A DNA stretch of 48,472 bases, taken from positions 1-48,472 of the forward strand of contig NIVC01004362.1 of the NCBI GenBank assembly GCA_002269645.1. Direction: 5' to 3'. Within the stretch, counting starts at the first letter, position 1. Every line of letters starts with the position of its first letter. Below are positions 11,301 through 24,818 of the stretch, piece after piece. Source of the stretch: Macrostomum lignano. Lineage: Eukaryota. The notes under the pieces are model-generated. The model made no database searches, was not told the DNA's origin, and saw only the letters and a program-made list of their open reading frames with translations. The translations under genes were made by a program, and so were the position numbers.

Positions 11301-12409
11301 GGAACTACCGGATCTGTTTCCACTGTCAGCGCGGGTGCGACTACCGCTTGCAGATCCAGTCAGGGCGGCTCCTGAAGATGAGGCCGCCGTGGTGCTGGGC
11401 ACCGAGGAGCCGCCAGATCCGGACTCGAACGGTTGGATTGGCGTCTTCTCGATGTCGGCCGCGTTAGGTAGGAAAAGCTCTGCGCGTCGGTTGCCGATGG
11501 GCGCGGCGCCTCCACCGCCGCTGCCACCGCCGGCCTGTCCGGCATTGCTAGCTGGGCCGCTGTCCGATTCTGGCAGTTTCTTTCTTTTAGCCGGCAAAAC
11601 GCCAGTCTGCAAGGTTAGCGGCTTCCGTTTGCCCGGTCCGGCCGGTGCTTGGACCGGCATTGGCTGCTTCCACTGCTGCTGTTGTTGCTGCTGCTGCTGC
11701 TGGGTGGGCGAAGTGGCACTCTGCTGCCCACCAGACTGCTGCTGCATTGAAGCAACCACAATTGACGGCTGCTGAGACGGTTGCTGCTGGGAGTAGGGCA
11801 CAGCGGAGCCGCTCTTGGCGTAACTGATCATGCCGAATGCGCTTTTCAATGCGAATTTCACCGGCCCGCTGCTGGCCGAATGGTGAGAGCCGGCGGACAG
11901 GTGCGACAAATCCGGCGGTGGAGGGGCCGCGGTGTGCTCCAGCGCCGGCAGCTGGTCCGGCAGGGGAATGTCGGCCACATTGCCAAAGTCCTTGTCGCCG
12001 TCGAAGTCGTCGTCAATGTCGGATCGGCTGGATGACGGCGGCGGCGACTTGCGGAGGTTTCGGGCCGGCGGCCGAGGCGGCGATGACGAAGGCGGCGGCG
12101 GTGGAGGCGGCGGCGGCGGCGGAGGGGGTGGCGGGGGAGGCGGCGGAGGCGGAGGGGGCGGCGGCGGCGCGGCTCTATTGACAGCCTGCACTGGCATCGG
12201 AATCTCGTCCAGCTCACTGAAAAGTTATTTGTTGATTGTTATTAATGTGGAAAATAAATTTCGCAACCATGGCTGCAATCATGGACCACTGAAACACATC
12301 TGGACTATTCAGTCTGAGTCTGCTCCAGTCCAGATAATAGTTTCAGTGATGCATGGTATCTGATGGAACAGCAAACTCACTCGGTTGGAAAAGCGGGGTC
12401 GTACTCCAT
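5339..12409 (-). CDS. SETD2: SETD2/Set2-like protein (Pro- and RS-rich N-terminus, AWS-SET, WW, SRI) with degenerate SET active site
   Basis: Phase-consistent exons 12409-12381, 12216-9243, 8472-7117 (acceptor tentative), 6907-6115, 6005-5339. AWS: CDC..CGSDCVNR..EC..CPCGEMCTNRRF. WW: LPPQWRSARDPDGRVYFYH..VW. SRI: FVHAHLQRY...ITNQEDLKYLVKKMTH..LLKE...KAKSYISKYM. One-base frameshift near 5696-5699. Confidence 0.88.
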
Positions 12410-12696
12410 AGCTGTTGAAGCTATTCAAGCTTTGACGTCAGATTAGATAATATTTGGCCAGACAGTGTCCGGGTCACAGCATAGCAACTCCGGTCGGTCT
12501 GCTGCAATAAGAAATTTGGATTTTAGAAATTGTCCGTTTCAAAGAGCACTTAATTATATAATGACTGAAATACTAGCTTTTATGTTAGCATGATAGGATA
12601 TACACAATTTATAGTTTAAAAGACTCCAGCGAGACAGGTCTGCTGAGCTTAGCCGAGATAGCACTACTGCGTTCACGTTACAACTGATAAGACTAA

Positions 12697-13665
12697 TGGA
12701 CACAGGTGAGGTGGGACTAATGGACACAGGTGAGGTGGGACTAATGGGCACAGGTAAGATGGGACCAATGGGCACAGGTAAGATGGGACTAATGGGCACA
12801 GGTAAGATGGGACCAATGGGCACAGGTAAGATGGGACTAATGGGCACAGGTAAGATGGGACTAATGGGCACAGATAAGATGGGACTACTGGGCTCAGATG
12901 AGATGGGACTACTGGGCTCAGATGAGATGAACAACAGGGCTCAGATGAGATGGGACTACTGGGCTCAGATGAGATGGGACTAATGGGCTCAGATGAGATG
13001 GGACTACTGGGCTCAGGTGAGATGGGACTACTGGGCTCAGATGAGATGAACAACAGGGCTCAGATGAGATGGGACTACTGGGCTCAGATGAGATGGGACT
13101 ACTGGGCTCAGATGAGATGGGACTAATGGGCTCAGATGAGATGGGACTACTGGGCTCAGATGAGATGGGACTACTGGGCTCAGATGAGATGGGACTACTG
13201 GGCTCAGATGAGATGGGACTACTGGGCTCAGATGAGATGGGACTACTGGGCTCAGGTGAGATGGGACTACTGGGCTCAGATGAGATGGGACTACTGGGCT
13301 CAGATGAGATGGGACTACTGGGCTCAGGTGAGATGGGACTACTGGGCTCAGATGAGATGGGACTACTGGGCTCAGATGAGATGGGACTACTGGGCTCAGG
13401 TGAGATGGGACTACTAAGCTCAGATGAGATGGGACTACTGGGCTCAGATGAGATGGGACTACTGGGCTCAGGTGAGATGGGACTACTAAGCTCAGATGAG
13501 ATGGGACTACTGGGCTCAGGTGAGATGGGACTACTGGGCTCAGGTGAGATGGGACTAATGGGCTCAGATGAGATGGGACTAATGGGCTCAGATGAGATGG
13601 GACTAATGGGCTCAGATGAGATGGGACTAATGGGCTCAGGTGAGATGGCACTGCTGGGCACAGAT
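12697..13665. repeat. 24-bp minisatellite (ctactgggctcagatgagatggga) between RRN3 and SETD2-like
   Basis: About 40 tandem units; source of the 8-aa-periodic spurious ORFs. Confidence 0.95.
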
Positions 13666-13785
13666 GAGCTAGGACCTACAAAAGCAAAACGACAAGAGAC
13701 TTGAAATCGGTCAAGACTGCCAAAAACAATATTGAATGCAAGCATACGGTATGCATTCACTTGCGTTCAATATTCAGTGCAGGAT

Positions 13786-13791
13786 TTTATT
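13786..13791 (-). promoter_or_regulatory. Candidate polyadenylation signal of RRN3
   Basis: AATAAA on the minus strand ~185 nt after the RRN3 stop. Confidence 0.5.
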
Positions 13792-13973
13792 AACAAAACT
13801 CCAGATCGCGGGTTAAAGATTTCACAGCAAGCCAAAGGACAGTTTAAATAAAAAACTAGCGAAAAATCTGCTGCTTATAACAGATTTACAAACAACTGTT
13901 GCATAGTTGAATCGAAGAGTCGAATTGATCAGTCAAATGCAAGAGAGTTTCGCTATAAGCATCTCGCAGACAG

Positions 13974-16900
13974 TCAGGCCGATTCGCCAAACACAACGCA
14001 GTCGCTGCGTAGGCGTTTTCTCCGCCTGGCGAACAGCTGGCCCGGGCCCTGCAGCGCCTCGGCCAGCAGCGGCTGCGCAGGCGGCTCCGCTAAAATCGGC
14101 TGAGCCGGCGGCTGCGACTGGGGCTGCTTCGACGGCTGCTGCTGCGTCTCAACCGTCTCATTGGATGCCGTCGGCGGCGTTGGTGGCGGCGACGGCAGCG
14201 GCTCGTCCAGCAGAAGCAGCGGCCGGAGCAGCGGCTCGCAAAGGCCGAGACCCTCCAGAGAGGCGGACAGCGGCTCCTCGGCGGCGGGGGCCAGTGCTGT
14301 GGCCGACGCCGGGTCCAGGGTAGTCCGGCGCCGCTTCTTGTGCTTCTTCTTGGCGGACAACGGCGCAGTAGCAGTGGCGGCGTCGGCAGCCTCGCAGCCG
14401 TCTGACAGGCTGGCTATGGCGCTAATGAAGTCGTCAAGGCTGTAGCGCCGGCACAGCAGGGCAAAGCGGGACCGAAGCTGCTGCGGCAGGGCGGGCCAAG
14501 GCTGCAGCGAGGACAGCAGCACGAGGTGGAAGTGCATGCCAGAGAGGCAGGCTCCGTCCTTGCCGGCTCCGTCTAGCAGCTCTCGGTGCCGGTGGACGGC
14601 AATGCGCACGACGGCCCGGACGCAGGCGTGGAACAGGCTGGCCTCGTCCGCGCCTAGCGTGCCGGCCCGCTTGTTGTATCTGGGGAGAGAGGGGCGTGGA
14701 TTGGGAGCTGGGTGAGTGTTTTGAATTTTAAAACTAGTGCTTTTACAATTATGACTAGTGCTGTTGGAATCGCGACTCGTGCTGTTGGAATCGGGACTCG
14801 TGCTGTTGGAATCGCGACTCGTGCTGTTGGAATCGGGACTCGTGCTGCTGGAATCGGGATCGTGCTGCTGAAATCGGGACTAGTGCTGCTGGAATGGGGA
14901 CTAGTGCTGTTGGAATCGGGACTAGTGCTGTTGGAATCGGGACTAGTGCTGTTGGAATCGGGACTAGTGCTGTTGGAATCGAGACTAGTGCTGCTGGAAT
15001 GGGGACTAGTGCTGCTGTAATGGGGACTAGTGCTGTTGGAATCGGGACTAGTGCTGTTGGAATCGGGACTAGTGCTGTTTGAATCGAGACTAGTGCTGCT
15101 GGAATGGGGACTAGTGCTGCTGTAATGGGGACTAGTGCTGTTGGAATCGGGACTAGTGCTGTTGGAATCGGGACTCTGTAATCAGCACTCACTTGGAAGC
15201 CATCAGCCTGGCGCGGTCAACCAGCAACAGCAGTACGGTGTGCAGCAGATGCTGGTGCACAAAGGCGCACCTGGCGCACAGGTCGCCAAGCAAAGAGAGG
15301 CAGCGCAATCGAAAATTGGCGCCAAGATGCGAATCAATAGCGCGCTTCCACAGGTAGTCCAGGAAGCCGTGAGCAATCCGATCATTTGCTGAGCAGGCCA
15401 GCGCCAGCAGCAGGTGCAGTCGGGACGGTCCAGCCAGATGGGCCAACTCCCTGTCGAACACGGTCAGCAAGTCCTTGTACACAGCCTTGGTGCGCGGCCA
15501 GTCGCTGGGGTCCAGCTCGGCTCGCACGTAGCACAGCAGCGGATGAAGGCAGGCGTTGAGCTTCAGCCGCTGGTCGCAGGCGCGGCAACTGGCACCGCCA
15601 GCGGCAGGAGACGCGAGCAGCAACAGGCTGTGCAGCTCCGGGGTCAGCTTCCACCAGGTGTCAGTAGTTGCTGACGACTGACGACTGGCGAGACAGGCGG
15701 CTGACGCTTCGGCTGCGGCGGCCGATTGAGCGCAGGTGCAACGAGCCACCGAAGCGGTGCCTGAAAGTGCCCAGATTTGTACCAATAAACCCTGAAGGAC
15801 TGAAAAACTGACTACTAGCAAGTCAGTAGCAAGATAAGAATTTGAAGTGAAGCATATTGCTTATATAGAGAGTGCAAAATAGGGTTTCAACCAAACTTTT
15901 AAAAAGTATATTTTGTTAGCATCTTACCATCGAAGCTTCGGCTTACGCCAGCCGTCTCATCAGCCAGGCTCTCCAGTTTAGCCACCGTTCGACAGGCGAC
16001 AAACAGCAGACGGGTGCGCAAGCCACCGCCGCTGCCGCCAGCTCCCAGATAGGTGGCAGCGGCACGGAGCACATTGAGCAGGTAGCAGGCCAGCTGGCGG
16101 GTCGGCCGGCCCCACAGGCAGTGCGACTCGGCCAAGTCGCAGATTGCGCCAGGCGCGGAGGCTGGGAAAGCGGAAGCGAGAGCCTCCAGCAGCCGGTGGG
16201 CGAGGCTGAACTGGCGTCTGAATGCGCGGAAATGTGGGGAAAATTACACAGGCTAGGATAGAGACACACTGAAGGACTCAAAAGGAAGGGATAGAGGCAC
16301 ACTGAAGGACCTAGAAGGGAAAGGATAGGGGCACATTGAAGGACATAGAATAAAAAGGATAGGGGAACACTGAAGGACCTAGAAGGGAAAGGATAGGGGC
16401 ACATTGAAGGACATAGAATAAAAAGGATAGGGGAACACTGAAGGACCTAGAAGGGAAAGGATAGGGGCACTTTGAAGGACATAGAAGGAAAAGGATAGGG
16501 GCACATTGAAGGACATAGAAGGAAAAGGATAGGGGCACATTGAAGGACATAGAAGGGAAAGGATAGAGGCACATTGAAGGACATAGAAGGAAAAGGATAG
16601 GGGCACATTGAAGGACATAGAAGGAAAAGGATAGGGGCACATTGAAGGACATAGAAGGAAAAGGATAGGGGCACATTGAAGGACATAGAAGGAAAAGGAT
16701 AGGGGCACATTGAAGGACATAGAAGGAAAAGGATAGGGGCACATTGAAGGACATAGAAGGAAAAGGATAGGGACACATTGAAGGACATAGAAGGAAAAGG
16801 ATAGGGGCACATTGAAGGACATAGAAGGAAATAGTATATTAGAAGGATAGGGGCACATTGAAGGATACAGAAAGGACAGGATGGAGGCACAAAGGAAAGG

Positions 16901-17499
16901 ATAGAGGCACATGAAGGACCCCATGGGAGGGATAGTAACACACTAAAGGACCCAAAAAGAAAGGTAGTGGCACAGTGAAGGGCCCAGTGTGAGCGATAGT
17001 GACGCACTGAAAGACCCAGTGAGGATGGTCGCAGCCCAGAAGCAAGAAGAAGCCGAAGCACACCAAGCGACACAATTAAATCCGAACCTGTCAGTCTTGA
17101 AGTCCTCAGCCTGGGCAGTTCCATCTGGCAGAGCGGGAGAGAACCAGACCACGGCAGATTGCATGGCCAGTTGGCGCAGGTCGGGATGCCGGCTAGCCAG
17201 GTGCAGGCAGAGCCGGCGGTACCTGTCCAGTCCGGCCGAGTCCAGCAGGCGACAGGGCGGCCAGTTGGTGAGCAGCAGGCGGGCCAGCTCAGCGTGCCGC
17301 TCGGGGTCAATGCGGCCAGCCAGGGCTAACAGGTAGCGAACGACTGCGCCAGCCTGAGCCTCGGTTGCTAGGCGCTGGGCGGTCAGGCCACCTGAGGCCA
17401 ACTCGTGGCAGGCCAAGTTGTAGTGCTTTTCGCTGGCTGGATTGGAGTCGAGGGCGCGTGACAGGGCGCCACAAAGTGCGCCGGCTGCCTGAATGGCGT
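13974..17499 (-). CDS. RRN3: RNA polymerase I initiation factor RRN3/TIF-IA-like (divergent; start codon not found)
   Basis: Phase-consistent exons 17499(or 17488)-17088, 16217-15928, 15760-15193, 14679-13974. Motifs LACYLLNVLR, HGFLDYLWKR..LRCLSLLGDLCARCAFV and LFHACVRAVVRIAVHRHRELL parallel the RRN3 motifs ECYVHNLLR, FLEHLWKK..RQAAGNYIGSFLARAKFI and PFYSACQAVFYTFVFRHKQLL as I recall them. Confidence 0.8.
14755..15175. repeat. 21-bp intronic minisatellite (gggactagtgctgttggaatc)
   Basis: About 20 tandem units in an RRN3 intron. Confidence 0.95.
16255..16870. repeat. 34-bp intronic minisatellite (gaaggacatagaaggaaaaggataggggcacatt)
   Basis: About 18 tandem units in an RRN3 intron. Confidence 0.95.
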
Positions 17500-17649
17500 C
17501 TGCGCCAATTGAAGAAAGTGAAATATTTGTTTAAAATGACAAACTCTTCTTTACTAACACTGTGTTATTTACTAGAGGTTATTTTACTATCAATAATTCC
17601 AGTCATACATGCCCAACACCCGGCCGACCCGAGAAAACACATACGTAGT

Positions 17650-17713
17650 ACTAATTAGATGACGAGGCATTTAGCCTTGATAAATTACTTATAGTTACGC
17701 CTGCTGTTTACCC
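17650..17713 (-). other. 28S rRNA-like 64-nt segment, copy 1, inside a dispersed repeat
   Basis: Minus strand GGGTAAACAGCAGGCGTAACTATA...AAATGCCTCGTCATCTAATTAGT is ~50/64 identical by eye to the conserved LSU H69-H71 region. Not a full rRNA gene. Confidence 0.7.
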
Positions 17714-20700
17714 AAAAATTTTGCTGTATGTTTTATTTTATAGGTTAGCTGCTATTAACAGTAGAAGTTCTGTTTCTATAATTTTATTCTAATATTTATC
17801 AATTTGCTTATCATGAATTTGTTTATTTTACAACTAATGATATTTTTTGGATACTTATATATTTTTAGGATTTTTTAGGATTATTAATATATTCATTTTT
17901 CAAAATTTGTCCAGGAATTTAATACCAAGTAAGCCCTAGGTAGCAAGTACCAAATCAGGTCAACTTCTACTGTTTGGGTCACATGGCATTGAAGTTAAGC
18001 ATCAGGTTCATATAAGTGAGCTTATGATAACACTCTAAGTGGACATAGCACTATTGTTGATATCATTGTCAATATCAAGGATTGGATATTTTTATAAATA
18101 TAGTTCAAGGCAATAAGAAACTATTTATGATCTAATTCCATATTAACTGTGCCAATTTCACTGACATCCATAATTTTGCCAATTTACACTTAAGTAAGAA
18201 TAAGTTAATTACAACAAAAAATAAGATAGTTAAGTAACAAGTTTGGAGATAGCCCATTTCAATAATAAACACTAATAACAGACACTTTGGTAACAAATTA
18301 TGGCCACCTTGACCAACAAAGTATGTCCCCTTGCAATGAACAGGCAATACCAAACAGGTGCTGCCTATAAGTATGATCCAAGCAATCTGTTTTAGTCAAA
18401 AGGATTAATATGTATACTTTACATGCACAATGTTATAAATCCTATATACTATTTATTAAAGTTTAACATAAGTAAAAAATAGTATAATATAATAATTTTT
18501 AAAACCTTGCTGCAGTAAAACATAAAATTTATATTCTTAAGCCAAGCAAATGTGCATTGGTGTATCTTTTGTTTTAGTCTCTACTTTATGCAATGATTTT
18601 TAAATTCAATCAATGCACAAATTTATTTGTATACCAATTTCCATACATTTTCCTAGAATGTCTATAATATGTGTTGTGCATTGCCAGGGTCCAGAATGTA
18701 TAATGGTGTATACCAGAACAAGAATCCTATTTCTAGCTAAATATATACCAATGTACACCAAAAACGAAAACTTTCCCTAAAATGTTTACCAAAAATTTCT
18801 CCTAAAAGGTCATTTGGTTTTTACAAGTTGTGTTTCCTAAGAAAGGCTTTTGTATAAAAAGTCTTTAAATTTAAAATAATATGAATATACCATAGTCCAT
18901 TTCAATATAGTTATGCCAGAAATCTCTACTATACTTCTAGAAAAAAATTAGCTTTCATGTAAATGCTTGGCATAAGAATTAATAAAAAATGAATTGGCAT
19001 AAATGACTGGCACAAAAACAACTATATATTATCTTTTACATTACATTTTTCCTTGACTGGAAATAAATGTGACTGTGATTTCAATGATCATGTTAACTTT
19101 TTTTATTTAAATCAAACAGAAAATTGGAATAACTACATATTAAATTACTTGTAAAAAGTAAAACAAGTTTAAAATCTAGAAATTGTGCTATACGTAATGC
19201 ATAAACTGTTGCATTATTTTTTTTTATATTTATATGTTTATACTACACAAATACCACACTTTGGATCATGTAGTTTATGCCCAAAAATTGGGGCATGCAT
19301 TGGCCTTGCACACCAAAAGTAGGTGTGCACAGTCAGTGTGCATCATTCCTAAGAAAATAGTGTGTGCACACCTGGCATGCACTATAGAATCATGCGGAAG
19401 AATTATTGTGAAGTAGAAAAAAGATTTGAAAAGTTTATTTTAAATGTAAATTTCAAGCTTTCTAGGTTTTTAAGCTTATACTAAAGCATTTAAACAAATC
19501 TTTGTGTGCATTGACTTTCTACTATGAATAGTATCGCTGAGGAAGCAGAAAAATTAACCAAATTATTTGCCAAAAAGGGTCCATTAGGCAATACAAAAAA
19601 GGTCATTTATTGTTATATCAGCATAGTTTCAAAAAAGGTATGCATTTAATTTTTGGTATACATTTGTAATTATTTGATTTTTGTTCGGGCATGCACCTAG
19701 CATGACCCAGACTATGGCACAAATGAAAACATTAATTTTTTTTATAATAAACATGTTTTTACAAATTACCTAACCCCCCCCCTAGTCTAGGCATTATGCC
19801 TGGTGTGCGATGTATAAGCTTGGCATAAATCTGACATAAATGATGAAATTTCATGTTTTCTTCTGGTGTAACTCCAAGCATAAAACAGACTATTGTGAAT
19901 ATTTTCATTTTACACCAACTTAAATTATAGGTCTATAAAAAATTGCAAAATTTATTTATTTTATTTATTGTTAATTTTAAAGAAGCAAAAAGTTTATCAC
20001 TGACTTTCTAGTAAAGATGGCCCAAAATTTTGGCTAGAATTTTGGGTACCCAAAATTTTGGGCATTTTAATTGCAAATTTTTGGGTACAGCTTTGATTTT
20101 GGATATTACACTTTTGGGAACATTAATACCCAAAATTTCAATCATGTTGTATTGTGCTCAGGAAAAGTGCTCATTTTGGAATATGGAAGAAACAAATCAA
20201 TGCCATCATTTAATTCCAAACTAACTATACTTTAAGGTACTACAATGAGTTTTTCTAGAAAGAGCAAAACCTGCTTAAATATTTGAAAAAAAGGAAAAAA
20301 CCTTTACACTATTTTGATTGCTCAATTGGATTTCCAACAATAAAATATTTCCTGCTGGTGCAAACCATTATTAGGGTGAATTTTCAAAATTGCATACTTT
20401 GCCAAAAGTAAATTGAAGCTTAATGTTTATAAACATTAGAAATGGGACCACTAATAGGTATTTTACTTTGGTTACTTACTATGGACCAAACTGGCACTGG
20501 CAAAGACAGATTTGAGAGAAACTAATTGCTTCATTGTATTTGGCTCCAGCATTACAATAACTATATTGGGGTCTAACTGGCTAAGTTATCAAAAGAAGCT
20601 AGATACCAATCATCAGTCTCACCATCCTATACCTAACATGATTTTAGTCATATGCAACAATAATACCCTCTTTTAAGAGTTTTCAATATCTAAAATTCTG

Positions 20701-21274
20701 TGTGAAATTTTATAAAGTTTCATAAACAATGAAATTTTTGTTATTCACATGCTGGTGGTTTAAAAGTAGCTACATTTGTGCAAACATATACTATCATTAT
20801 TACTACACCTATTATTATCATAACTTTTGTATATGACCTATGAAAGTTAAAGCGCAAATTGTACTTTTCTAATTTTATTTTATCATTTGTTTAGGCACTT
20901 AGGCTGGCTTGCTTGCTTTGTAAGGTGTGGCCTTGGCCACTTTCTCCCCCTTCTTTTATGATCCAAACATTTGAAAGCTTGCTACAAGTATACATTTAAT
21001 TTTATCAATTGATTATTTAAAACAAGCCTATAGTGGTTGATGTTGAGAGTAAGTGGCCTTGAGAGGAAGCCCATGGGCAGACTATGAACCCTCCTATTAT
21101 GAAAAATTGGGCCTTGTACATTGCATAATATACACTATATGAGACAGTAAGGTAAAAAGAAAGAGAATAATAGGCTAGCCAATAGCAATAGCATGTGCTT
21201 CTCTCCAGTCTACTATAGTAGGGGGGGGGGGGAGAAAGGTGTCAGACGGCTTAATTCTAACCCCCATACCCAAT

Positions 21275-21939
21275 GGTATAAGACCAAGATAGCCACACAC
21301 CAAGATGGCCACAGCTGGGGTGGGGGTCACAGAAAATGACAACTGGTTTTCTATTGGATAGGGCAGAGATGAGAGAGAGAAAGATAATATAGGAGAGGGC
21401 AAAGATGAGAGAGAAAGATAATATAGGAGAGGACAAAGATGAGAGAGAAAAGATTAGAGACAAGAAGGCAAAGATGAGAGAGAAAAGATTAGAGACAAAA
21501 AGGCAGAGATAAGAGAAAAGATAAGAGACAAGAGTGCAGAGATGAGAGAAAAGATAAGAGACAAGAGGGCAATCCAAATTTGCTTACTTCTATCATAACT
21601 AATACCTTTACCTTCTACCTTTAACTTTTAACATATAGAAACAACACGTCAGTTTTGGTATATTGAGATAGGTTTGAAACTATTATCCAAGATACAAAAT
21701 CAAATGTCTTGTGCTAGTAGTGCTACTAGCTTTAGTAGGTAGTAATAGGCCCCTACCTGCTGTAAAGGAAAGTGTTTTTTGTTTTACTAATCTAATTTCA
21801 CTAACAAAATCTGTTTTCTCCAAGACTTGAAGCTAGGTCATACCTTACCCCAATCACAGCCAATAGGAAATGAGGAAATATATAGACCTATTCCTATCCA
21901 AGCAGCCATTCAAAACTGTGGCCATCTTGGTCATGCGCC
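21275..21939. mobile_element. Internally deleted copy of the GG-terminal non-autonomous DNA transposon
   Basis: TIR-like ends GGTATAAGACCAAGATAGCCAC / GTGGCCATCTTGGTCATGCGCC. Shares the GA-rich tract and right arm with 27271-29274. No TSD visible. Confidence 0.75.
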
Positions 21940-22087
21940 ATATATTTGATATTAAATAAAAGTAATTTCTCATTGCTAAAAACAAGTCAAATAGATAATA
22001 AAAAAGACAGTATAACAATTATGTCTATGATTTAGACTTTATAGCCATATTTCTTGTCAGTGTTATGTCTTTGTATATACATGTACA

Positions 22088-22678
22088 CCATAGTCCAGAT
22101 CATGCTGGACTTACGCCGGAGGAAAAATCCTACATTTTTTGGCACTTATGCCAGACTTACGCCAACCAAAAAAGGTCCCTCTGACTTACGCCACCCAAAA
22201 AAGGTCCCTCACAATTCTTGTGAATAGAATAGAATAGATGATTTACAATTAATTGGTGATTAATTAAATTCAGAAGTTGCAACTGTTTAAAAATCTCACA
22301 AGTTGCAAATTCTGAATCAAGAATCAAAGTAAGCATCTTGAAGCTAAAAAAACTTTTGCTATCCTACAATAGATATTCTGCTATCCTGCTATCTCATTTA
22401 TACGAACTGCAATATTTTAATGAACTTTGTTTTAATGCTGCTCTTTAACATCATAATTAATGCAAATGTGTAATGTTCTATAGTGATACATTTGATCGGG
22501 AATGATCTCATTTGTGCCAACATTTATGCCACTTGATTTATGCCATGTACTTACGCCAAGCACTTACGCCAAGGCACATTTTGGCCTATACTTACGCCAA
22601 GCACTTATGCCAGCCTCCAATCCCAAACCAGATTTACGCCAGAGATCTCCAGCGTAAACGACATGATCTGGACTATGG
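22088..22678. mobile_element. MITE, TIR CCATAGTCCAGATCATG, 8-bp TSD CATGTACA
   Basis: 17-bp TIR at both ends; CATGTACA at 22080-22087 and 22679-22686. Confidence 0.88.
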
Positions 22679-23561
22679 CATGTACATTGGGTAGACTTAT
22701 CTGGACCCAATCCCTTATTCTGCATACATACTAAGACTAAGATACTAAGATGGCCACAGCTTTGAATGGCTGCTTAGATAGGAATAGGTCTATATATTTC
22801 CTCATAGCATAATATAGCATACATATATAGCTATATAGCCAGTGATTTGAGCAATTCTATAATATTTTATTGGTACCTTTACATAACTATTGTGTGTCTA
22901 TTTATTAATGCTTAGCTACTTATATTTGCATTGTAGAACTTATGCCCATAGTTTCCCTTCTTATAAATCATTTTATATTAGACATTTTACAACTCTCACC
23001 CTACTTTATCTATTAGGCTAACTTTATGTATGATACAAGTCACAACACAAAGTACATGTATAGGAGCATCAGCATTAGCATTAATATTATAATAATGCCT
23101 TGGAAGTTGGAAGTCTCTAAATAATCAATACAACACTAGGTATTATAAAATTCGACTTCCAGACAATCTGGCTACAAGACAATCTGGCGATAGACAAACT
23201 GGCAACAGTCAAATCGGCGACAGATGATCCGGCGACAGATTTTGTATTGTACATAGATTTTATGGATTTTAGATAAAAATTTAGATATAAAACAAAACTT
23301 TACATGAACTATATACTAGCTGTAGTTTTCAATTATTATAATCATCATTATAATGTATTATCATTATCTCATATTATCATTATAAGAAAACAAGCTGTTA
23401 ATAGTTGATCCAAATCCGCACATTTTGAACCCAATAAATTCCAATTCTCTCAGTTATTTTTGCATACATTCTAATAAAAAAGTTAATAACAATAATACCA
23501 ATTATAATAATTTTAACAATCAAAGCTCCGTTTAATCTGTTTAAATAGCAATCACCGGCTT

Positions 23562-24818
23562 CCATAGTGCGGAAGGACGGGTATACGCCAGAAATCTCTG
23601 TCGTACACAGGGATTGCCTGTCGTACATGTCATATATTGCTAATTTTTGGGGGGCACTATGTCGTACACTGTCGTACATGTAAACATGTTACATGTCTGT
23701 CTGTCGTACACTTGTCAATGTCATACTACTCATACACCATGGTCAGGAAGGTGCAGCGTGTGCGCCGGAATAACATCCATCAAAATTTTTGTTGTGCGCC
23801 GCGTGCGCCGAGAAAAAAAAATTACTTGTGCGCCATGCGCCGAGAAAAATACACTTGAAAAAGCACCATCAAGTATTAAGTATCTAAATTGAATCAATAT
23901 CAATGGAAGTTCAAGCAGTTCAATCATGGCTTCTATTTGCAAAATATAAGCAAAAAGACGCAACAAAAGCCGCGAAAGGCGCAAATTTGTTAAGTTTGTT
24001 AAGTCGATTAATGAAATTTGAAATAGAAACAACATTGGAAATAACGACTATCGTGATGACTGTCGTTTATTTTATTGATTGATTGACATTTAATATACGT
24101 TTTTTTATTATTCATTATTATATTGTCACGTACACTGACGTACCTTGTGCGCCATGCGCCGAGCCATGCACCGATGCACCGAGCCATGCGCCGATGCGCC
24201 GAGCCCATGCGCGCGGCGCAGTGAAGTGTGCGCCGTGCGCCAGCAAATTGCTGATTTGCGCCGGAAAATTCCAAGGATTCTACCGTCTTCCTGGCTGTGG
24301 CTCATACATGAAGTATAGACATAGTTAGTATTCCTTTGATAGACAATCGGACACCAGTACCAGATACTTGTAGTCTCATAACTAACTCATAATGTCGTTG
24401 TTAACGTATTGCGTTGAAGCAAAGAAGTAAAAATTCAATAGTTGCACTTTTCCACTCAAAGGGTAATTTAAATTATCAGTATTATATTCGTACAAACTCT
24501 TAAATTCAATTTTATTGGCGCAAAACTATACTTGACATTGCAAGCAGAAAAGTACAATATATCTGTTGTTTTACTTTGCATATTAAAAAAATGCAATATC
24601 AAGAATTTCCCGCACCTACCCACATATTCAAAAAGTTGACTTTTTATTTATTGCCAATTTCATATAATTGAATCAATTTTTGTCGTACAGCACTTCCTTA
24701 AACTCTAACTCTGTCGTACAACACTAGTACCATTTTCCAATCCCTGTCGTACTGTTGTACAACAGGCCGAAATGAAAATTTGCCTTCCGTTGTATACAGA
24801 AATCCTTCCGCACTATGG
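23562..24818. mobile_element. Nested MITE, TIR CCATAGTGCGGAAGGA, 8-bp TSD ACCGGCTT
   Basis: TSD at 23554-23561 and 24819-24826; internal TGTCGTAC repeats. Confidence 0.85.
23737..24300. mobile_element. Doubly nested MITE, TIR CCAYRGYCAGGAAG, 8-bp TSD CTCATACA
   Basis: TSD at 23729-23736 and 24301-24308; internal TGCGCC repeats. Confidence 0.8.

Noticed and set aside
6132-12363. Many long plus-strand ORFs (up to 296 aa, including a poly-Gly ORF)
   Set aside because: Antisense shadows of GC-rich SETD2-like exons with no domain signal.
12554-13760. Long periodic ORFs (SSEPSSPI / GSDEMGLL / RWDYWAQM)
   Set aside because: Translations of the 24-bp minisatellite in several frames. The same applies to ORFs over 14712-15192, 16311-16924, 35199-35699 and 39007-39959.
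20440-20560. Possible decayed hAT dimerisation-domain fragment (minus strand SLKSVFASASLVHSK*)
   Set aside because: Too short and stop-ridden to support without a profile search.
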